DNA from: Methyloligellaceae bacterium
Lineage (GTDB): Bacteria > Pseudomonadota > Alphaproteobacteria > Rhizobiales > Methyloligellaceae
DNA length: 64,000 nucleotides
Assembly (NCBI GenBank): GCA_965228615.1
Contig: CBDDHT010000001.1
Coordinates: 242,371-306,370 of the forward strand
Reading direction: 5' to 3'
Shown: piece after piece, positions 58,331 through 64,000 of the stretch
Layout of the letters: each line of letters begins with the position of its first letter
How positions within the stretch are numbered: the first letter of the stretch is position 1
Notes under the pieces: generated by a model
What the model saw: only the letters and a program-made list of their open reading frames with translations
Database searches by the model: none
What the model was told of the DNA's origin: nothing
Made by a program: the position numbers and the translations under genes

Positions 58331-60511
58331 ATGAGCCCGAAAAGCCTCACGTCGAGAACGAGAACACTGGCGAAACACTGCCGATGGCGCACGGCGGCCA
58401 TGCTGATTGTCGGTGGTTTTCTGGCAGCCGCACCACTGGGAGCTGAGGAGCTGCGCCCGCTGAAGGACATCGAAGCGGCAGAATTTGGAGCGCAGCTGAG
58501 CGCGGAGTTTAAGGCTCTGCTCGCTAAGTCTGCGAGAATCAAGCAGATCCTCAACGCAGCCCAAGGGGCTGGGAATTGTCCGATCGAACGTCCGCCCGTG
58601 GTAGGCGTAACAGTAACAATCGTAGAGGGGGTCTTGGCCCATGACCAAACGGTCGTCGGCGCACTCCTGAAGCGTCACAAGCCGACGAACCCATTCCGGC
58701 TCCATTGCAGTGGCACCCTCGCTGATCTGAATTCCAAATGGCGCTCAGTAGACCGGGCCCGACAGGGCATCTTCGTGACAGCAGCGCACTGCATCGCGAC
58801 GGACCCCGACCACAAGGCTGATATCAGCCCCGCGGCCTACAAGGTGTTCCTTCAGCACGCCGGGCTCTTCAATGTGCGGAAGATCCACCTGCAGCGCCTT
58901 GATCTGCCAGATGTCAGTAAAGATATCGCAATATTGGAGTTGGATCGTCCTGTCTCCGGCATCGTGCCAATAAGGCCGCGCGTGGACGACAAGCCTGCAA
59001 ACATTATTCGCGCAATGATTGCCGGTTTCGGACGAACGGGCGGTCTTGCAACGGACTATGGGATGAAACGTAGGGGCAATGTCTGCCTCAAACAATGCCC
59101 GGGAAACGATCGGGATAATTTGTGCTGGGAGTTTCAAAGCTCTTCGGGTCCTCCCGGTGTTGCGTCGAATACATGCAATGGGGACTCAGGCGGCCCTGTC
59201 CTTGTGACTGACACCCGTAAGGTAACACAACTGGCCGGCGTAATCTCAGGCGGCTCAATTGAGAGCTGCCTCAGCGGCGATATTGCCACTAACAGCAGCT
59301 TAAACGCGAACAGTGTGTGGATTGAATCGGTATTGGCGTCAGCCAGCACTGAACAGTCATGCAAGAGGAAGTACTCCAATATCGACCCAGATGACATCTT
59401 GGCCGCGACGGGCGAAATCAAGCTGAATGAGAAAGCAAAACGCTACATATTCAATGTCATTGATGGCCTAGAACATATTCCATTGAATAATGCATTTCAC
59501 CCGTTCGTTCAAAGAAACGAGGCTCGAGGCGCGATATGTCGAACAAGAATCAAAGAAATGAAAACAAAAATGGACAACAAGGAATTTGTTGATCTCAGCT
59601 CCCTCAACACAACATTAGCTGTTTGCTGGCCTCACATTAGAGGTAATATTGGGAATGTATTCTCGCGAGCAAAATTTATTCGCACTAAGTCACCTCAATT
59701 GAAAACGGCTCGCCGAAGCATGCCTCGAGGGATTTGCCGTGACATTGACGACCCGTATAGGCAGCCGAAGAAATGGACCCGCTACCTTGAATGCAGAGCG
59801 CTCCATATCAAAAGAGATTTAAATACCGTCAAAGACCAATTTAAAACAATATATGATTATCTGACGAGATCGGAGAGCGCTGGATACTACAACGATGCAC
59901 CTGATGTTCGGCAATTTGAATTAAAGACAGTGCGTGGCGCAATAATAGAAGCTATGACCTCGATAGATGGAATGATAAACAAAACAAATGATATCATAGA
60001 AATCACGAGAAATTTTTTGAGGAATGAGCCTCTTTTGTCTCGCATCGAGCAATCTGAGATGCATGTGGATGAACTATCGATGGATCCATCTGGTCTCATA
60101 ACCGACGATACTTTGCATCTCAGATCTCTCAGTTCTCCTGACAGATATCTTGTATCTCTCGCCAAGGCGTATGCTCGCCAAATCAACTGGCGGCCGGACC
60201 AAGTGCGTATCGCCATGAATGCGATTGACGATCCACTAAAGCCGGCCAACTTTGACCTGAGAATTGTGCCTCCGGACGGTTCCAAACACGAAAGAGCCTG
60301 CCCAACGATAGCCAATCCCAGCCAGTTTGAGTATTGCCAGATCGATGGTCCTGCCCCTGGAGACTGGACCGTTGCGTTTGCCGAATCTACGAGTGGTACG
60401 GGTCAATTCCAGTTAACGGTTGGGTCGGCGTTCCACAGAAAGGACAAGGACGCTGCAACGCATGGCTCATTCTGCTCCACAACAAACACGGTGCACGCAT
60501 CTCGACAATGA
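58331..60511 (+). CDS. secreted S1 (chymotrypsin-fold) serine protease P2 with long C-terminal extension ending in a PPC-like domain
   Basis: Signal (AAMLIVGGFLAAAPLGA). Triad VTAAHCI / DIAILEL / NGDSGGPV. The ~400-aa C-terminal extension ends with ..GPAPGDWTVAFAESTSGTGQFQLTV, reminiscent of pre-peptidase C-terminal domains. Confidence 0.8.
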   Translation: MSPKSLTSRTRTLAKHCRWRTAAMLIVGGFLAAAPLGAEELRPLKDIEAAEFGAQLSAEFKALLAKSARIKQILNAAQGAGNCPIERPPVVGVTVTIVEGVLAHDQTVVGALLKRHKPTNPFRLHCSGTLADLNSKWRSVDRARQGIFVTAAHCIATDPDHKADISPAAYKVFLQHAGLFNVRKIHLQRLDLPDVSKDIAILELDRPVSGIVPIRPRVDDKPANIIRAMIAGFGRTGGLATDYGMKRRGNVCLKQCPGNDRDNLCWEFQSSSGPPGVASNTCNGDSGGPVLVTDTRKVTQLAGVISGGSIESCLSGDIATNSSLNANSVWIESVLASASTEQSCKRKYSNIDPDDILAATGEIKLNEKAKRYIFNVIDGLEHIPLNNAFHPFVQRNEARGAICRTRIKEMKTKMDNKEFVDLSSLNTTLAVCWPHIRGNIGNVFSRAKFIRTKSPQLKTARRSMPRGICRDIDDPYRQPKKWTRYLECRALHIKRDLNTVKDQFKTIYDYLTRSESAGYYNDAPDVRQFELKTVRGAIIEAMTSIDGMINKTNDIIEITRNFLRNEPLLSRIEQSEMHVDELSMDPSGLITDDTLHLRSLSSPDRYLVSLAKAYARQINWRPDQVRIAMNAIDDPLKPANFDLRIVPPDGSKHERACPTIANPSQFEYCQIDGPAPGDWTVAFAESTSGTGQFQLTVGSAFHRKDKDAATHGSFCSTTNTVHASRQ

Positions 60512-60566
60512 CGGGACGGCTGTTTTGTCCCTCACCTGATCGACGGACCTCAGCGGCAATCGCGTC

Positions 60567-61514
60567 CTACAAACGAGCCACCAGCTTTCTGAGCCCCTCC
60601 AGTTCGTGCTCGACATTCTCGATTCGTCGGAGAAACGTCTCCCGCAGCACATCATTGACGCTGACTTCCGCCGCTGCCCTGGCAAATAGCTGATCACGCC
60701 TCCGTCTCGGCGGGTACAGGAATTGAACGCCGTCAATGTCGTCCTGGCTCAACTCCCTATTGGGGATGCCTCTATGGACCTCTGGTCTCATGACGGAGCC
60801 CATTAACTTCACATGATCCATACCCAAAATATGACCGATTTCGTGGAGTGCGACGGTCTCAACGTCAAACTCCTCATCATCGGTATCCACATCGACAGAC
60901 CAATTTCGATCACTGTCATCGAAGCGGATTGGCTTCGGGATTTTATCTTGCGGTGTGTTCCTGGAGCATCCTGGCGGAAAGTCGGCATAAGCGACAACGT
61001 CGCCCTGGCTGTCGAATTTCGAATCATTGCCTGAGACCCAGGCGATATCAACGTGCGGGTTGTCGCTCAAATCAACCTCACGAAAGGTCACAGATTCGGC
61101 CACATCCTGCCACTGGTCGAAGGCCCGTCTTACGGCGTCAAACGCGGCAACATCGCTCAAGGACGAGGGGCCTGCTCCGAAGGCATAGCGAATCTCGCTT
61201 TCTTTCCAAGAGCACTTCGTGCTGAACTCGGTGCCGTTGAGCATGTCTGCAATGCCACATCGTGGCAGGCACATATGATCACGCGTTGCTTTGTCGAATG
61301 TTTCGGTAATGGGACAGCCATTAAATTCCTGGTATTTGCGGAGTGCCAATTGAGTCACCGAATCCAGTTGACAAGGCGTGCAAATGTCCGAAGTTAGATA
61401 ACCCAGCTGGACCAATAAATCCTGGGCTGAGTCAAAACCTTTACGACTCCTTCCCCTTGCTGGCGACCTTACATCCTCGATATTTCTGAATTGAGAATGG
61501 TATCGTCTTGACAT
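60567..61514 (-). CDS. matrixin-like (M10) zinc metalloprotease with PG-binding-like prodomain and cysteine switch
   Basis: HEIGHILGMDH zinc site followed by a Met-turn candidate (GSVMRP). The prodomain has LALRKYQEFNG.. (PGBD-like) and PRCGIAD (compare the MMP cysteine switch PRCGVPD). No obvious signal peptide. Confidence 0.8.
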   Translation of the reverse strand: MSRRYHSQFRNIEDVRSPARGRSRKGFDSAQDLLVQLGYLTSDICTPCQLDSVTQLALRKYQEFNGCPITETFDKATRDHMCLPRCGIADMLNGTEFSTKCSWKESEIRYAFGAGPSSLSDVAAFDAVRRAFDQWQDVAESVTFREVDLSDNPHVDIAWVSGNDSKFDSQGDVVAYADFPPGCSRNTPQDKIPKPIRFDDSDRNWSVDVDTDDEEFDVETVALHEIGHILGMDHVKLMGSVMRPEVHRGIPNRELSQDDIDGVQFLYPPRRRRDQLFARAAAEVSVNDVLRETFLRRIENVEHELEGLRKLVARL

Positions 61515-61744
61515 ATCCTTGGCTCCCGTAACAGAAACTCTGTATTAATACAATAATAGACACTGCAATAGATTTTTATTCAAGCGCAATCCCTGTCAAT
61601 AAGGCCTTTGTGCTGGGTCCCAACAACTGAATCAGCGCGCTTGGCGACTTGCTGGCCTGTGGTTTCAGTGTATTTGCTAGCGGCTGGATCACGTCACCTG
61701 CTGGCGTCGAAGTGGAACTCGTCACCACCAACTAACACCTCGAA

Positions 61745-62680
61745 TTACCGATAATTTCTGTTTGATAAATCCGCCGTTGCGACAACGGTGTTCTGGGAGC
61801 TCGGTTCGAGGCCGGTTTGAGGAATTCGCCAGTCATTGCCGCGTGGTCTTGCGGCTTTGCCGCCAAGCGATCGCCGCTCGGATTTCGAGCCGGAGACAAC
61901 GCTGTGCGCTATAGACGAGATGGCCATGGCGATCGAAGTATTCGCACGTGCATTCCCGATACTCCGGATACAGAGATCCATTGGTCCCTTCTGGTGGGCA
62001 AAGAAATGGTCGACAATGGTGCGGATCTTGGAGCGTTTGGCATGGACGTTTGAGACAAAACCGTTCTTTGCGATCCAGGCGTCATTTTGTGGACGATACG
62101 CGGAATCCGCCCAAACGCCGGATGCATTATTGTCCTTGTCCAACAGCCCCGGCAACTGCGCCCCGTCATAGTGCGATGCGTCTCTGGTCTTCCATCGTCG
62201 GATCAGCCCCTGTCAGCACTCAATTCCGACACGGTTATTATGGTAAAGGCAGGAACTGTGATGTTGTTGGCATGCTTCGTGCCGTCCGGCTTTTGTTTGG
62301 CGGGCTTGTCCTTCCAAGCATGCGGATTCTTGCCAGCCTTGATGTCGGCCTTTTCGCCGTCCGAATTACACCGCTTGGGCGCCGCGATAATCGTCGCGTC
62401 AACGATTTGCCGCCCATCGCCAGATAGCCGGATCTGTTGCGGTGTCTATCAAAGCGGGTAAACAGATCGTCCATGGCACAGGCGTCGGTGAGAACCTAAG
62501 CCGATCTTGGATCTAATTTTCACATCTGTCATCGGAGAGATTGTACAGTACCTGCAGAATCAGAACTGGGATGTATCGATTTCGAACAGAGAACCTTGCA
62601 ACCGCTCGTCAACCCATTCGGCTTGAGGTTGTTACCCATGTCTTAGTTACAAACTGTTACCTGTGTCTCCAGGCTGGACA
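61745..62680 (-). pseudogene. decayed IS5-family insertion sequence (transposase with multiple frameshifts, stops and deletions)
   Basis: Minus-strand fragments in shifting frames: EWVDERLQGSLFEID, IPVLILQVLYNLSDD, LTDACAMDDLFTRFDRH, GGQIVDATIIAAPKR, EKADIKAGKNPHAWKDKPAK, LPGLLDKDNNASGVWADSAYR, NGFVSNVHAK, VDHFFAHQK. These are collinear with an IS5-family DDE transposase as recalled. Confidence 0.7.
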
Positions 62681-62690
62681 AAAAAGCAGG

Positions 62691-62767
62691 TGGTGACCCC
62701 GGGAGGACTCGAACCTCCGACCCTCAGATTAGGAATCTGATGCTCTATCCTGCTGAGCTACGGGGCC
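62691..62767 (-). tRNA. tRNA-Arg (anticodon CCU), CCA encoded
   Basis: The reverse complement GGCCCCGTAGCTCAGCAGGATAGAGCATCAGATTCCTAATCTGAGGGTCGGAGGTTCGAGTCCTCCCGGGGTCACCA folds by hand into a cloverleaf. It has a 7-bp acceptor stem, GCTC/GAGC D stem, TCAGA/TCTGA anticodon stem with loop TTCCTAA, and GGAGG/CCTCC T stem with TTCGAGT. Confidence 0.9.
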
Positions 62768-63522
62768 ATTCATGTTGAAAATCAATGGTGTAGGTTTCTT
62801 CTCTTCTCGTTTTCTCTTCAGACTCGACCCATGATTTAGCAGTTTGCTAGCGGCTCGAACACAAACGATGGAGCTTCTGCCAGATAATTTTCCCAGATGA
62901 TCCGTTGGCTTTGGCACATACGCCGTCAATTTGGACGGCGCATTGCGGGCAAGCGCTGTCACGACCACCCGCCACCACAAAATGCCTGGCTAAACCTAAG
63001 CCCAAAAGACAAACCCTTCAACACGATGATCCTGATCGACTGATCAACATCTTTCCTGTCACAAAAGCCGCAACGCGTCGTTACGTTCGAACTGCGCAGC
63101 GGTTGTTATTGCGATACTGGATCGAGATTGAATTGCTCCGACTTCCGACATTGTTGGAAGAAGAACACTGGCAAGCCGACCCCCTTCTTCACTCCAAAAG
63201 TCGTTTGCGAAGAGCGAATAGACCTTCAAAGACAACAGATTTGGAGGCGAGCACTGGTAACACCAGGGAGCAGCTGAAGAATATTTCATTCCGAACCACT
63301 TGAAGCCGGGCGGGGTGACGCTGGCGCAAAGTGTACCCTTCGGCCAATCCTGTGCTTGTGTTTTCCACAAGCAATGTTTCCATAATTCTTGCTTTTCTCC
63401 CGGTGTGGAATGTACTCTTAAATGCTAATTTCTAATCGCCTTATTTTTTCAACCGGGCGCAATTCGTTTCATAGTATCGAGTGGCCAGCGAATGCGCGCA
63501 TACCAATGGCGCGGAAACTACA

Positions 63523-63702
63523 ATGGCCATTTCAGAGAAAACGCATACTAGGAGTATTGCTGCGATCGCGTTGAGCAGCAGCGTGTTAAGCGCCGGTATT
63601 GCTTATTATGGTGGCGGATTGCCTGCGATGGGCTGGATGGCTTTTGGCTATCTGAGTTCTTTCATACTCGTTTGGGCACTGCTGACACTTGGCGAACATT
63701 AG
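63523..63702 (+). CDS. hypothetical small two-TM membrane protein
   Basis: ORF with two hydrophobic helices (IAAIALSSSVLSAGIAYYGG; MGWMAFGYLSSFILVWALLTL). No motif support. Start is uncertain (GTG 63481 or ATG 63523). Confidence 0.3.
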   Translation: MAISEKTHTRSIAAIALSSSVLSAGIAYYGGGLPAMGWMAFGYLSSFILVWALLTLGEH

Positions 63703-64000
63703 AATCGTCACTGGCTTGAATTCTCTCAGATTTCACGCCGCATGGTCGGCGACCCAGCTCTCGTGGAAAATGGAATTGGTCCTGTTCGGCGCAGGTCACC
63801 CAAGGTTGAGCCGACCAGCAAAGAATCTTGCTGCCGAATGACTGATCTCCAGATCATCGGGCGCTGAAGTCTGAAACGATTAAGTGGAATACCGTTGACG
63901 GTCGTTGGCCTGACGATGTTTGGCCTCAGAGATTAGCTCAGGCAGGATCGCGTACATCTGCTCAATCAGATTCAATGGCAAATGTAGTTCAGGGATTAGC

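Noticed and set aside
48670-62680. Idea that the two IS5 fragments are halves of a single IS split by insertion (or a circularly permuted integration)
   Set aside because: On the minus strand the N-terminal-only relic lies downstream of the other copy, which is the wrong order for a simple split. The right-hand copy also retains its own N-terminal remnants (EWVDERLQ.., ..VLILQVLYNLSDD). These are therefore two separate decayed copies.
62905-63370. Overlapping ORFs 62905..63303 (+) and 63059..63370 (-) beyond the tRNA
   Set aside because: There are no motifs, signal sequences or ribosome-binding sites I can support. They overlap each other on opposite strands, so the region is left unannotated.

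Overview
High-GC proteobacterial chromosomal window. The gene order nosRZDFYLX, the frequent ATGA start/stop overlaps and the IS type suggest an alphaproteobacterial, rhizobial-type origin; this is inference. I support about 45 genes.

Layout from left to right:
1. A signalling block: the 3' end of a hybrid histidine kinase, then a PstS-like binding protein followed by a GGDEF-EAL protein.
2. Two redox genes: a 2Fe-2S/FNR reductase and a cytochrome b fusion.
3. A complete clade-I nitrous-oxide reductase cluster, nosRZDFYLX, on the minus strand (8.6-17.4 kb), with a perfect FNR/FixK-type box upstream of nosR.
4. Housekeeping and accessory genes: a VWA protein, MscS, PPK2, an aldehyde dehydrogenase, and a MarR-EmrA-EmrB-like efflux operon.
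5. A methyltransferase / FAD-oxidoreductase / type III polyketide synthase operon.
6. Two convergent operons (30.5-42.8 kb). Together they encode three multihaem c-type cytochromes (5 + 10 + 4 CXXCH), a putative outer-membrane beta-barrel, an FNR/2Fe-2S reductase, a membrane protein, and a cyclic-nucleotide-binding/4x[4Fe-4S] fusion. A 181-bp tandem repeat array separates the two operons.
7. An ornithine cyclodeaminase-family gene and an amidohydrolase.
8. A thioredoxin-fold gene translationally coupled to a gene that the ORF track splits in two. I read it as a UGSC-type selenoprotein: an in-frame TGA followed by an fdhF-like SECIS hairpin.
9. A ~14-kb accessory island (48.7-62.7 kb) abutting the 3' end of tRNA-Arg(CCU) and bracketed by two decayed IS5-family transposase relics.

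The island is my best candidate for an undescribed system. It carries a tightly coupled six-gene operon of duplicated, mutually homologous lipoproteins (A/B pairs; the A members end in a conserved 8-Cys tail). These surround a zymogen-type trypsin-like protease. Nearby are a second S1 protease and a matrixin-type metalloprotease with a PRCG cysteine switch.

All calls rest on reading motifs in the supplied translations and sequence. No database search was run.
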